A stretch of DNA of 64,000 bases from Thermodesulfobacteriota bacterium (GTDB lineage Bacteria; Desulfobacterota_D; UBA1144; Nemesobacterales; UBA2774). Positions 46,401 through 59,240 of the stretch are shown here, one piece after another. The notes under the pieces are model-generated. The model saw only the letters and a program-made list of their open reading frames with translations, did no database searches and had not been told where the DNA came from. How positions within the stretch are numbered: the first letter of the stretch is position 1; each line of letters begins with the position of its first letter. The stretch covers positions 21,286 through 85,285 of the forward strand of contig DAOKYU010000009.1 of NCBI GenBank assembly GCA_035325995.1, in the 5' to 3' direction. The position numbers and the translations under genes were made by a program.

Positions 46401-46969
46401 TCCGCTTCCAGCCGGTCACCGGCGTGCAGTTCTCCGACATCAACCTCGACGAATACTCGGCCATCCCCCAGGGCACCGGTCTCGACTGGGAATACTCCAC
46501 CGACGGCGGCGTGACCTGGGACGCCATGGTTCCCGCAGAGGAGGAGCGGCTGCCCAACCTCGCCACCCGGGTCCAGATCCGCGTGCGTCTGAGCAGCTCG
46601 CTCTCCAACGACACCCCGGCCATCAACTTCCGCGACGTCAACCTGGTGGGCTACCTCAATAAGACCACCGGGGCCTACCTGACCCGCGAGAACGAGCTGA
46701 CCCAGGGGGTGGAATCGACCAAGGCCTATGTGCAGATGCAAATCCCCAGCGGCACCACCCTGCAATGGTTCGCCAGCAACGACGGCGGCCTGACCTGGGA
46801 GGCGATGACCATCCAGGACACCCGGCCCATCGACGAGAACTGGACCGAGTACACCCTGGTGCGCACCTTCACCGACAACACCGGCAACAAGGTCCGTTAC
46901 AAGGCCGAGATGACCGGCACGCCGCTGATCTACCCGCGCATCCATTCGCTGGGCGCGACCCTGAGCTAA
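43421..46969 (+). CDS. large tail fiber / host-specificity protein (contains FN3-like segment)
   Basis: 1182 aa at distal end of tail module. LSWLPVSGATGYRVYRA FN3-like. Confidence 0.55.
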   Translation: MSISRETFDPTKNYKRIRYHQDRDLLDSELNEQQDIINLERRKIADILFKEGSIIMGLEVRAAANVLTLAPGVVYIDGHLEQVSGATLTYDPATTSGADYVYVELLKYNYGYTQDPALINPATGEPTAEREKWVLSLKATDTSGQTLPNNVAERRVIPIYKFDRESGDVTPTVQEKSNLYLRDLLGTLPGSRITVSSITEDQLSFAAAEGLNSLIQNLAERTFDQAGSYLVRGFDTFIGGVDDDSVEAITNAGRAYIQGFRHQRDLPTSTLVPKSIATKTVRGEQKTFDINKRRYPVNSTPLKETTQVEAIVEITRNVTRGSVGGGEDLLDPNPVVDILEVSQGATIFQEGVDWQQSGNHVDWLGSGNEPAIGTTYTVRWTYTKQMIKGTDYVDSGWFGQANHPAAGNYFYLVTAYNATGETAFNAAAVIARATAAGEMNKLSWLPVSGATGYRVYRAATNGARTDYKRLMELGSEALSYVDDGVEEIGTASPPATNTAGLTMSPVQLEMGNLNVINFGRGSLGDQPVNGSNCSLDYDYYLGRRDIVYATTTEIKRLEGAPADFPKLPIVPENALGLCSIDCPPNSTDMEIRNFGLTRITMDQIHDIIQDVEDLKYNDAQYQMNNELQNRDAQTKKGIYSDDFSNTAQSDIYHAEWDARVNEIARFVAPDRIPHSTVLSVDQAGSNASFFGSLALLPGNETVLVEQNDWSEERNINPYAVFDKPPAMLQITPNLGRRGQTGIAVTGINFTPSKSGIVLRCDGQVMASNLISDEAGRVSASFTIPTNARNGNRIVEMADGVYSARASLQINDPLVITRIERIIENRIIRVPVVQVVWRTQTIFVPRDPLAQTFSFTQNQVISSIGLQFTARDPSIPVTVQIRGVTTGLPNGVVFAEKVLAPNEISLSGETRIRFDDPFYAEANTSYSVVLLTNSTNYKVRTATLGKMGRWGIITRQTYMEGVLLESSNAETWTPLNGSDLAMKIYGYNFQSEGMIRFQPVTGVQFSDINLDEYSAIPQGTGLDWEYSTDGGVTWDAMVPAEEERLPNLATRVQIRVRLSSSLSNDTPAINFRDVNLVGYLNKTTGAYLTRENELTQGVESTKAYVQMQIPSGTTLQWFASNDGGLTWEAMTIQDTRPIDENWTEYTLVRTFTDNTGNKVRYKAEMTGTPLIYPRIHSLGATLS

Positions 46970-46981
46970 GGAGGCACGGCC

Positions 46982-47239
46982 ATGATCGTTCGACGCAAAG
47001 GCGGCCTGACCGAGTTCATCCCCACGCCGCAGGAGAAGCGCGACGGCCTGATCCGCGACAACGCCCTGGGCCTGCTGGAGAATCTGCACCAGCGCCTGGC
47101 GCGGCTGGAACGGGCGTCAAAGCTTCCGGCCACCGAAGCGGAGGCCTTCACGGCGCTGCTGGCGCGGATGCGGGCCGACGAGTCGCGCAACCTCGAGCTG
47201 CACGCCAGTCTGATCACCGGCGAAACTGCTTCCGGCTGA
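46982..47239 (+). CDS. small protein (possible fiber assembly factor)
   Basis: AAGGAGG RBS, last gene before terminator. Confidence 0.35.
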   Translation: MIVRRKGGLTEFIPTPQEKRDGLIRDNALGLLENLHQRLARLERASKLPATEAEAFTALLARMRADESRNLELHASLITGETASG

Positions 47240-47263
47240 CCGGCTCACTGCCACCGCCACCCC

Positions 47264-47301
47264 AGAAACCCCGGATACGGCCAGCCCGTTCCGGGGTTTC
47301 T
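47264..47301 (+). terminator. stem-loop terminator ending the phage late region
   Basis: AGAAACCCCGG...CCGGGGTTTCT 11-bp stem, followed by AT-richer intergenic region. Confidence 0.45.
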
Positions 47302-47488
47302 GCCGTCTTTGCTTCGCCCAATCCGGACAAACTCGCAAATCATTGAAAATAAACGTGTTAAATGTCGGCTTCGGCTGTTCTTCTACTTGATTTGTGTCCG
47401 GAAAGAAGCATTCATTCATGGTGTAAGCAGAGGCTGAAAAGCCTTGCCAGACAACGACTTAGAAGCGCCATGAACGACGGAGGCACGC

Positions 47489-48448
47489 ATGAACCTGAAA
47501 GAGATCCACTACGGGATCGAGATCGAGACCGTAAAACGCACCCGGGAACAGATCGCCTGGGCCATCCACTCGGTAGTGGGCGGCACGGTCCGCCATGTCG
47601 GCATCCCCAGCAGCTATGACCCCTGGGAGGTCGAGGACCTGCGCGGCCGCGTCTGGAAGGTGGTGGGGGACGCTTCCCTGACCAGCGTCCCGGCCCATCT
47701 GCGGGCCGAGGTGGTCAGCCCGGTGCTCGGCTACGACGACATCCCTCAACTGCAGGAGGTGGTCCGGGCCATCCGCCGCGCCGGAGGCAAGATCAACAGC
47801 CAGTGCGGCATTCACATCCATATCGACGCCGCGCCCTTCGACGGCAGACACCTGGGTAACCTGGCCAAGATCATCTACAAGCAGGAGCCGCTGATCCTTC
47901 ACGCCCTCGGCATCAGCCGCGACAGGCTCAATCGCTACACCCGGCCGGTCAGCGACGAACTGATCCAGCGTATCGAACAGCATCGCCCCCGCACCAAGGA
48001 CCAGCTCAACCGCATCTGGTACGGCTACCACAACCGCCAGCCCCAGCACTACGACAACAGCCGCTACCACGGGGTCAACCTGCACAACGTCTGGTACCGG
48101 GGCACGGTGGAGTTCCGCTGGTTCGAGGCGACCCTCCATGCGGGACGGATCAAGGCTTACCTGCAATTCTGCCTCGCCGTCGCCGCCAAGGCGCTCAATG
48201 GTCGGGCAGCCTCCAGCCGCAAGCGGGACTTCGATCCTCAGAGCGCCAAGTACGACTTCCGGGTCTTCTTGCTCCACCTCGGCCTGATCGGCGACGAGTT
48301 CAAGACCGCCCGCAAGCATCTGATGACCAACATGCCGGGTGACGCCGCCTTCAAGAACGGACGGCCCAAACCGGAGGACGTCCTTCCGGACGAAACGACC
48401 ACCAATCTCACCAACGAGGCCGGGCAAGTTCCCGGCCTCACTGTTTAA
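47489..48448 (+). CDS. amidoligase (Amidoligase_2 / glutamine-synthetase-like fold)
   Basis: N-terminal YGIEIE (GxExE) motif, GIHIHID, and size ~320 aa. Confidence 0.6.
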   Translation: MNLKEIHYGIEIETVKRTREQIAWAIHSVVGGTVRHVGIPSSYDPWEVEDLRGRVWKVVGDASLTSVPAHLRAEVVSPVLGYDDIPQLQEVVRAIRRAGGKINSQCGIHIHIDAAPFDGRHLGNLAKIIYKQEPLILHALGISRDRLNRYTRPVSDELIQRIEQHRPRTKDQLNRIWYGYHNRQPQHYDNSRYHGVNLHNVWYRGTVEFRWFEATLHAGRIKAYLQFCLAVAAKALNGRAASSRKRDFDPQSAKYDFRVFLLHLGLIGDEFKTARKHLMTNMPGDAAFKNGRPKPEDVLPDETTTNLTNEAGQVPGLTV

Positions 48449-48459
48449 GGAGGTGCCCC

Positions 48460-48981
48460 ATGAAGATTCTGATCCGCTCCACCACGCTGGACGGCGAACC
48501 GATTCCCGGCAGTGGGGAAACCATCCAGGCCGCCGACTGCCTCGAAGTTGTCGAGCTGATGCGCGGCCAGACGCCGTTTACCGCCAGCCGAGCGCCCCGG
48601 GACTACATGACCGAAGTGCTTTCCGGCATCGAAGGCGGGCCGCCCCAGCCATTGCCGGAGGAAGTAGCCGCTGCGGCCGCCGAGTTTCTCACCCGTCTGG
48701 CGCGGCACGGCCTGATCGAATTCCTGCCCGACGACAAGGCCAGCGATCCCTGGCCGGAACGCTTCCTCGAAGCTCTGGAAACGGTGCGGCTCTCCGGGCG
48801 CACCAACATGCTCGACCACCCGGAGGTGACCCGGCTGACCGCCGATATGGGCTACCCGGAGGTGGCCGAGTGGCTGGCGGACCACCGGCGCGAATACGCG
48901 GCCTTCGTCCTCGAAGGGACGAGACCGCTCGGTAAGAACTTCGGCGGCAAGGAGGACCCGGCTCCATGTGCGGACAAGTAG
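48460..48981 (+). CDS. hypothetical protein of the amidoligase operon
   Basis: Sandwiched and overlapping (16 nt) with the GATase gene. Confidence 0.4.
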   Translation: MKILIRSTTLDGEPIPGSGETIQAADCLEVVELMRGQTPFTASRAPRDYMTEVLSGIEGGPPQPLPEEVAAAAAEFLTRLARHGLIEFLPDDKASDPWPERFLEALETVRLSGRTNMLDHPEVTRLTADMGYPEVAEWLADHRREYAAFVLEGTRPLGKNFGGKEDPAPCADK

Positions 48982-49763
48982 GCATCATCTTCGGCCGCAA
49001 GCGCAGACGGCCCGACGAGCGGGATTACCTGCGCGAGCTCTTCATCCGCATGCTGCTGCACAGCGAGGAGCGCGGACCGCACGCCTCCGGTCTGGCCTGG
49101 CTCAAGACTGACGGCAGCCACCGCATCTTCAAACGGCCGATGCGGGCGCACGAGCTGGTCTACGAGAAGCCGTTCCAGGAGCTGCTCGGACAGGTCGACA
49201 ACGAGACTACCATCCTCATGGGGCACACCCGCTGGCGCACCCGGGGCAACGAGTTCAACAACCGCAACAACCATCCCATCCGGGCCGGGATCGTCATCGG
49301 CACCCACAACGGCACCATCTACAACGCCGATTATCTGTTCCGCCGTCTCGGGCTGCCGCGCTACGCCGAGGTGGACAGCGAGCTGATCTTCCGTCTGGCC
49401 GACCGCTTCGCGCCCGAAGGCCCCATCGACCAGGAGGGCCTGAAGAAGGCGCTTGCCCTCTGTCGCGGTCAGATGAGCGCCGTGCTGGCCTCACGGCTCG
49501 ACCCCGGCACCATCACCGTACTCAAGGGCAACAAGCCACTCTGCCTGCGCATCCACCGCCAACACCGGGTGGTGCTCTACGCCTCGGACGACGCCTTCAT
49601 CGACTTCGCCGTGGACTTTGATCCGGGCTGGCGCGAGCTGGAGGTGCCGCCCATGACCATGCTCACCATCCGCCACGAGGATGTGCGGGCCATCGACAAC
49701 AGCGAATTCCGCTTCATACCCCAGGAGCGCAAAGGGACACTGCCCGAAGGAGTGAATGCATGA
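48966..49763 (+). CDS. class-II (Ntn) glutamine amidotransferase-like protein
   Basis: N-terminal MCGQVGI (Cys2 nucleophile), Ntn-hydrolase-like layout. Confidence 0.65.
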   Translation: MCGQVGIIFGRKRRRPDERDYLRELFIRMLLHSEERGPHASGLAWLKTDGSHRIFKRPMRAHELVYEKPFQELLGQVDNETTILMGHTRWRTRGNEFNNRNNHPIRAGIVIGTHNGTIYNADYLFRRLGLPRYAEVDSELIFRLADRFAPEGPIDQEGLKKALALCRGQMSAVLASRLDPGTITVLKGNKPLCLRIHRQHRVVLYASDDAFIDFAVDFDPGWRELEVPPMTMLTIRHEDVRAIDNSEFRFIPQERKGTLPEGVNA

Positions 49764-50299
49764 ACATTGGAGACAGCGTAAAGCTGAACACAAACCCGGA
49801 AGACAGTCCCGAGACCATCCTCCGACTCTTCGTCTACGGCACCCTGAAACGGGGCTACTGGAACCATCAACGCTTCTGCGCCCAGGCCCGCAGCATCGAA
49901 CCGGCCGTGGTCTGGGGCAGACTCTATCATCTCCACGCCGGATTCCCGGCCCTCGAGGTGCCCGAAGGTCTGATCCTGGCCAGGGGCACCGCCGATCCAC
50001 TGGCCGACGCCCGCAGGCAGCAGGAGATCGACACGCCACGCTTCGGCCGCCCGACTGGGGACTGGGATCTGATCCATGGGGAACTGGTGACCTTCACCGA
50101 TCCGCAGCGCGACCTGCCGCCCATCGACCTGCTGGAAGGCTTCCGACCCGGCGGGCACAGCATGTACCAGCGGGTGATGGTGGCTTCGCTACAAGGCACA
50201 ACCGCATGTGCGGTATGGGTTTACATCATGTGTGCGCCTCAAAACGGCCACCGGGTCACCAACGACAATCAGGCCGTTTTTTGGAAAAGTCGGCACTAA
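49760..50299 (+). CDS. gamma-glutamyl cyclotransferase (GGCT/AIG2-like)
   Basis: FVYGTLKRGYWNH motif. ATGA-coupled to the GATase gene. Confidence 0.7.
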   Translation: MNIGDSVKLNTNPEDSPETILRLFVYGTLKRGYWNHQRFCAQARSIEPAVVWGRLYHLHAGFPALEVPEGLILARGTADPLADARRQQEIDTPRFGRPTGDWDLIHGELVTFTDPQRDLPPIDLLEGFRPGGHSMYQRVMVASLQGTTACAVWVYIMCAPQNGHRVTNDNQAVFWKSRH

Positions 50300-50436
50300 T
50301 CGGCACAAAACGCTTGATTTTGGTAATCCGCCAATGTAATTTGTGGAGGTTAATTTGCGGCACTGTGTCCGGATTTCGGGTTTCCCGGAGACCTTCGGGC
50401 TTTTACCGAAAACATGATGAACGAAGGACGAAGGCT

Positions 50437-50640
50437 ATGGATGAGAGATGGCTGACGGTCGATGACATTTGCAAATATCTGAATGTAAGCAACGAGACGG
50501 TCTACAAGTGGATCGAACAACGGGCTATGCCCGGTCATCGCGTCGGCCGTCGCTGGATGTTCAAACAAGACGAAGTGGACGAATGGGTCCGCTCCGGCGG
50601 TGCGGCTGACAAATCCGATAAGCCGGACACCGAGCAGTAA
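50437..50640 (+). CDS. excisionase/AlpA-family HTH DNA-binding protein
   Basis: 67 aa, LTVDDICKYLNVSNETVYKWIEQRAMPGHRVGRRWMF. Direct repeats (G/T)TAATTTG(T/C)GG upstream. Confidence 0.6.
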   Translation: MDERWLTVDDICKYLNVSNETVYKWIEQRAMPGHRVGRRWMFKQDEVDEWVRSGGAADKSDKPDTEQ

Positions 50641-50649
50641 GGAGCGACC

Positions 50650-54899
<4,250 letters not shown>

Positions 54900-54946
54900 A
54901 TGGGTCACGGGTCGCGAGTCATGAGTCACGAGTCGAAGGATTGAAG

Positions 54947-55321
54947 ATGGCAAGGATTGAAAAGTTCGAGGATATCGAAGCATGGCAGCGGGCAAGACAG
55001 CTCGCCAAAGCCGTGTATGCCGTTACATCGGAAGGAAAGTTCGCTCGTGATTTCGGACTGCGTGACCAGATTCAAAGAGCAGCCGTTTCGGTGATGTCCA
55101 ACATTGCCGAAGGATTTGAGCGTGGTGGTGATGTTGAATTCCGGCGATTCCTTGCCATCGCAAAAGGCTCTGCCGGTGAAGTCAAAGCGCAGCTTTATGT
55201 GGCTCTCGATGCCGGGCTGATTGACCAGACTGCTTTCGACTCGCTTTACAAATCAGCCACAGAAACAGGAAACCTCATTGGCGGTTTCATGAAATATCTG
55301 AGCAAAGGGATTAACAAATGA
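54947..55321 (+). CDS. four-helix-bundle protein (23S rRNA-intervening-sequence protein family)
   Basis: FEDIEAWQRARQLAKAVY...SNIAEGFERG...AKGSAGEV family hallmarks. Confidence 0.6.
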   Translation: MARIEKFEDIEAWQRARQLAKAVYAVTSEGKFARDFGLRDQIQRAAVSVMSNIAEGFERGGDVEFRRFLAIAKGSAGEVKAQLYVALDAGLIDQTAFDSLYKSATETGNLIGGFMKYLSKGINK

Positions 55322-58164
55322 GCAGACATCAAGACCAGCCAACGCTGTTTCCGACAGAAGGACCCGCGACCCGCGACTCGGGACCCGTGACCTGCTTAGG
55401 CATGACATTCGAGAACGACGAAACCCGCCGCGCCCACTTTACCGAGGAGCTGCGTAAGAAGCTGCAGGACCCGGAGTTCCGCAAGATCGAAGGCTTTCCC
55501 ATCGGCAGCGATGAGGACATCCTGAACCTGAGCGATCCGCCGTATTACACCGCCTGTCCGAATCCGTGGATCGCCGACTTCATCACCGAGTGGGAGGCGC
55601 AGAAGCCGGAACAGCCCGAAGGCAATCACTACCACCGTGAGCCTTTTGCGACCGACGTGAGCGAAGGAAAAACCGATCCAATTTATCAGGCACATGCATA
55701 TCACACAAAGGTGCCTCATAAAGCCATCATGCGTTACATCCTCCACTACACCCAACCAGGAGATATCGTTTTTGATGGCTTTGCTGGAACTGGTATGGCT
55801 GGCGTTGCTGCTCAACTTTGTTCAGATAAAAATGCAGTAGCAAGCCTGGGATACAGAATTGGTGCTGATGGCATCGTGTTTAAAACAGAGGAAGATGAAA
55901 ACGGGAAACAAATTAGCTCGCCATTCTCAAAGATAGGGCTTCGTTATAGCATCTTGAACGATTTATCTACAGTTGCAGCATTTGTTGCCTCAAATTACAC
56001 GATCCCTTTCGACACAGGAATCTTCAAAAAAGAATCTTCCAGTCTCCTGAAAACACTGCGGAAAAGAATAGGCTGGATGTACGAAACCCTCCATAGTGAT
56101 GGGAAGACCAAAGGCATAATTAACTTTACTGTATGGAGCGAGGTTTTTGCGTGTCATCAATGTGGTTCTGACATCGTTTTTGTGGATGAAGCATTTGACC
56201 ATGATGAAAAGAAGGTCAGAGATGTTTTTCCATGTCCCTCTTGCGCGGCTGAGTGCTCAAAAAACAGTCTGCAGCTACTCTACGAATCTGTTTTTGATGC
56301 TGCCTTAAATGAAACTATTCAAGCGCCTAAGCGAGTACCTGTCTTAATAAACTACAGCATTGGAAAAAACAAATACGACAAAAAACCAGATAGCTTGGAC
56401 CTGGAGATTATTGCGAAGATTAACTCCATCGACCGACATCCAAACGTCCCAACAATGGAACTCCCACCGATGCAGATGACTCGTGTGGGAAGAATGCAAC
56501 CAGCGAAAATTACACATATCCACCATTTCTTTAACAAAAGAGCCTCGCATGCTTTGGGCGAAATGTGGAAAATTGCGTTAGAGTCACCTACGCATCGAAT
56601 GAAAAACATGATGCTGTTTTTTGTCGAGCAAGCAATATGGACTGCATCTGTCTTAAATAGATATCGTCCGTCTGGATACTCACAAGTCAATCAGTATCTA
56701 GCTGGAGTTTTTTATGTCCCATCTCAAAACGCAGAACCAAGTCCTTGGTATGTACTGAACGGAAAATCGACTCGATTGCCGAAGGCTTTTACTGAATTTG
56801 AGCAGTCTCATTCAACTTTAATCAACAATGGGGATTGCGGCGCTTTGCCAGTGCCAGATGCATGCATTGATTACATCTTCACGGACCCACCTTTTGGCGA
56901 AAACATCTACTATTCAGACCTGAACATACTCATAGAGTCTTGGCATAAAGTTAAGACTAACGAAAAGCCTGAAGCTATTGTCGACCGAGTTCGAGGTAAG
57001 TCACTAATTGACTACCAGAAACTAATGACCGATTGCTTCAAGGAGTATTATCGAATCCTTAAACCTGGACGATGGATGACGGTTGAGTTTCACAACTCAA
57101 AAAATAGCGTCTGGAATACTATACAAGAAGCTTTGCAGCATGCAGGATTTGTTGTTGCTGATGTAAGGACCCTTGATAAAAAACAAGGTTCTTTTCAGCA
57201 GGTAAGCAGCGCAAGCGCCGTCAAACAGGATTTGGTCATTTCTGCATATAAGCCAAATGGTGGTCTTGAAAATCGATTTAAGAGCGAAGCTGGCACAGAA
57301 AGTGGTGTATGGGATTTTGTTCGGACACACTTAAAGCAACTTCCAGTTTTTTCCTACAAAGGCGGAAGAGCGGAAGCAATTGTTGAACGTCAAAATTACC
57401 TCTTGTTTGACCGAATGGTCGCCTTTCACGTCCAACGAGGTGTACCTGTCCCAATCTCTTCTTCTGAGTTTTACCTTGGGCTTGCGCAGCGATTTGCTGA
57501 GCGTGATGGAATGTTCTTCCTCGCAGACCAGGTTGCTGAATATGATAGAAAGCGGATGCTGTGCAAAGAACTGATTCAAATCTCGCTGTTCGTATCTGAT
57601 GAAGCATCTGCAATACAGTGGCTACGAAACTCTCTAAAAAGCAAGCCGCAGACATTCCAGGAACTACACCCCCTGTTTATGCGCGAAATTAATGGTTGGA
57701 ACAAAAACGAGCAACCGTTGGAATTATCGCTTTTACTCGAACAAAACTTTCTGCGCTACGACGGCAAAGGCCCCGTGCCCGAGCAGATCCACGCCTACCT
57801 CTCCACCAACTGGAAAGAGCTGCGTAACCTGCCGAAGGATGATCCGACCCTGGTCGCCAAGGCTCGTGACCGTTGGTACGTGCCCGACCCCAACAAGGCG
57901 GGCGACCTGGAGAAGCTGCGCGAGAAGGCGCTGCTCAAGGAGTTCGAGGAATACAAAGAGGTCAAGAAGAAGCTCAAGGTCTTCCGCCTGGAAGCTGTCC
58001 GCGCCGGATTCAAGAAAGCCTGGCAGGAACGCGACTACGCCGTCATCGTCGCCGTGGCCGACAAAATTCCCAACAACGTCCTGGAAGAAGATCCCAAGCT
58101 GCTCATGTGGTACGACCAGGCGGTAACAAGAATGGGCGATGGTAATGAAGGGAGGCTGTTATGA
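55318..58164 (+). CDS. N6-adenine DNA methyltransferase with internal Zn-ribbon (COG1743-like); mosaic GC composition
   Basis: FDGFAGTGMAG (motif I), CHQCGSD...CPSCAAEC Zn ribbon, FTDPPFGENIYYSD (motif IV). Core 55.67-57.74 kb is AT-rich, both ends GC-rich. Confidence 0.7.
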   Translation: MSRHQDQPTLFPTEGPATRDSGPVTCLGMTFENDETRRAHFTEELRKKLQDPEFRKIEGFPIGSDEDILNLSDPPYYTACPNPWIADFITEWEAQKPEQPEGNHYHREPFATDVSEGKTDPIYQAHAYHTKVPHKAIMRYILHYTQPGDIVFDGFAGTGMAGVAAQLCSDKNAVASLGYRIGADGIVFKTEEDENGKQISSPFSKIGLRYSILNDLSTVAAFVASNYTIPFDTGIFKKESSSLLKTLRKRIGWMYETLHSDGKTKGIINFTVWSEVFACHQCGSDIVFVDEAFDHDEKKVRDVFPCPSCAAECSKNSLQLLYESVFDAALNETIQAPKRVPVLINYSIGKNKYDKKPDSLDLEIIAKINSIDRHPNVPTMELPPMQMTRVGRMQPAKITHIHHFFNKRASHALGEMWKIALESPTHRMKNMMLFFVEQAIWTASVLNRYRPSGYSQVNQYLAGVFYVPSQNAEPSPWYVLNGKSTRLPKAFTEFEQSHSTLINNGDCGALPVPDACIDYIFTDPPFGENIYYSDLNILIESWHKVKTNEKPEAIVDRVRGKSLIDYQKLMTDCFKEYYRILKPGRWMTVEFHNSKNSVWNTIQEALQHAGFVVADVRTLDKKQGSFQQVSSASAVKQDLVISAYKPNGGLENRFKSEAGTESGVWDFVRTHLKQLPVFSYKGGRAEAIVERQNYLLFDRMVAFHVQRGVPVPISSSEFYLGLAQRFAERDGMFFLADQVAEYDRKRMLCKELIQISLFVSDEASAIQWLRNSLKSKPQTFQELHPLFMREINGWNKNEQPLELSLLLEQNFLRYDGKGPVPEQIHAYLSTNWKELRNLPKDDPTLVAKARDRWYVPDPNKAGDLEKLREKALLKEFEEYKEVKKKLKVFRLEAVRAGFKKAWQERDYAVIVAVADKIPNNVLEEDPKLLMWYDQAVTRMGDGNEGRLL

Positions 58165-59240
58165 AAAAAGGCCGCGATATACCTATTAAGATCAGGCGGA
58201 TAACAATACGCAATTACAAGGGAATCGACGAGCTTGAGATGGATTTCCCGACGCCCAGAATGCCCGACGATCCGGATATTCTTGTCATGGGCAGCAGAAA
58301 CGGCTTGGGCAAGACGTCGATTATTGAATGCTGCTCATTGTTGTTGCTCGCGCTCACTTTGAGGGAAGAGCGATTCAAGCTGCGGGACCGGTACTCGATT
58401 GTCGACGTTCCTGACTTGCTCATTAAGGCTGGGTCTCATTTTGCCGAGATTGGCGGCGACATCGTTATTGGTGATGAATCAATAGCCGTTCAAATCAGGA
58501 TAGATCGCCACGGAGTCGTGAAAATATCCGGCGAATCGCTCCGCGAAAAGGTGCTCGAGAACGAGCTGTTCGACCCCGAAAGCGAAACAGACGATTTCAT
58601 CAAGGCGATTTGTGGGTTCACGCCAAATCCCGTTGTAGAAAATACATTTCTGTTGTTCCACAGCTATCGGAAGGTTCAAGAAGGAAATCCGGAGCTTGGG
58701 ATGATGGTTGATCGAGGACGATCACCGAGACGCCCGCCGTTCCCGCGCTATGAATTTCCGATGAGCGCCTTCAAGTTAAGGATACTGCGTTCCCTGATGG
58801 GCAAGGCCAACCTGTTCGAGTTTGTGGAGGACCAGGAGCCAGACGAGACCATCGAAAAACTCAACGAGCTTGTGCGGTTTTATGCGGGTGGCACGATCAG
58901 CAAGCTACGGCCTTCGTCGGACAATACCGTTGATTTCCGAGTTAAGCCTATAAATGGAGATGAGTCTTTTACTTTTGATGGCTTGAGTTCCGGCCAGAAG
59001 GAGATTATCTCCACGCTTTTCCTTATTTGGTATCACACCAAAAACAACCCCTCTGTGGTGTTCATCGACGAACCAGAGCTTCATCTTAATGCACAATGGC
59101 ATCGCAGCTTCGTTAAAAATCTCGTGAGCCTGGCACCGCAAAACCAGTACGTCATGGCGACTCATTCCGAAGATGTTATGGATTCGGTCGGTGAGGATCG
59201 CCGCGTTCTCCTTCTGAACAACCAGGAGGGGGATAAATGA
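58161..59240 (+). CDS. AAA_15/21 ABC-type ATPase (AriA-like)
   Basis: Walker A GSRNGLGKTS, D/H-loop VVFIDEPELHLN...MATHSEDV. Low-GC gene. Confidence 0.55.
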   Translation: MKKGRDIPIKIRRITIRNYKGIDELEMDFPTPRMPDDPDILVMGSRNGLGKTSIIECCSLLLLALTLREERFKLRDRYSIVDVPDLLIKAGSHFAEIGGDIVIGDESIAVQIRIDRHGVVKISGESLREKVLENELFDPESETDDFIKAICGFTPNPVVENTFLLFHSYRKVQEGNPELGMMVDRGRSPRRPPFPRYEFPMSAFKLRILRSLMGKANLFEFVEDQEPDETIEKLNELVRFYAGGTISKLRPSSDNTVDFRVKPINGDESFTFDGLSSGQKEIISTLFLIWYHTKNNPSVVFIDEPELHLNAQWHRSFVKNLVSLAPQNQYVMATHSEDVMDSVGEDRRVLLLNNQEGDK

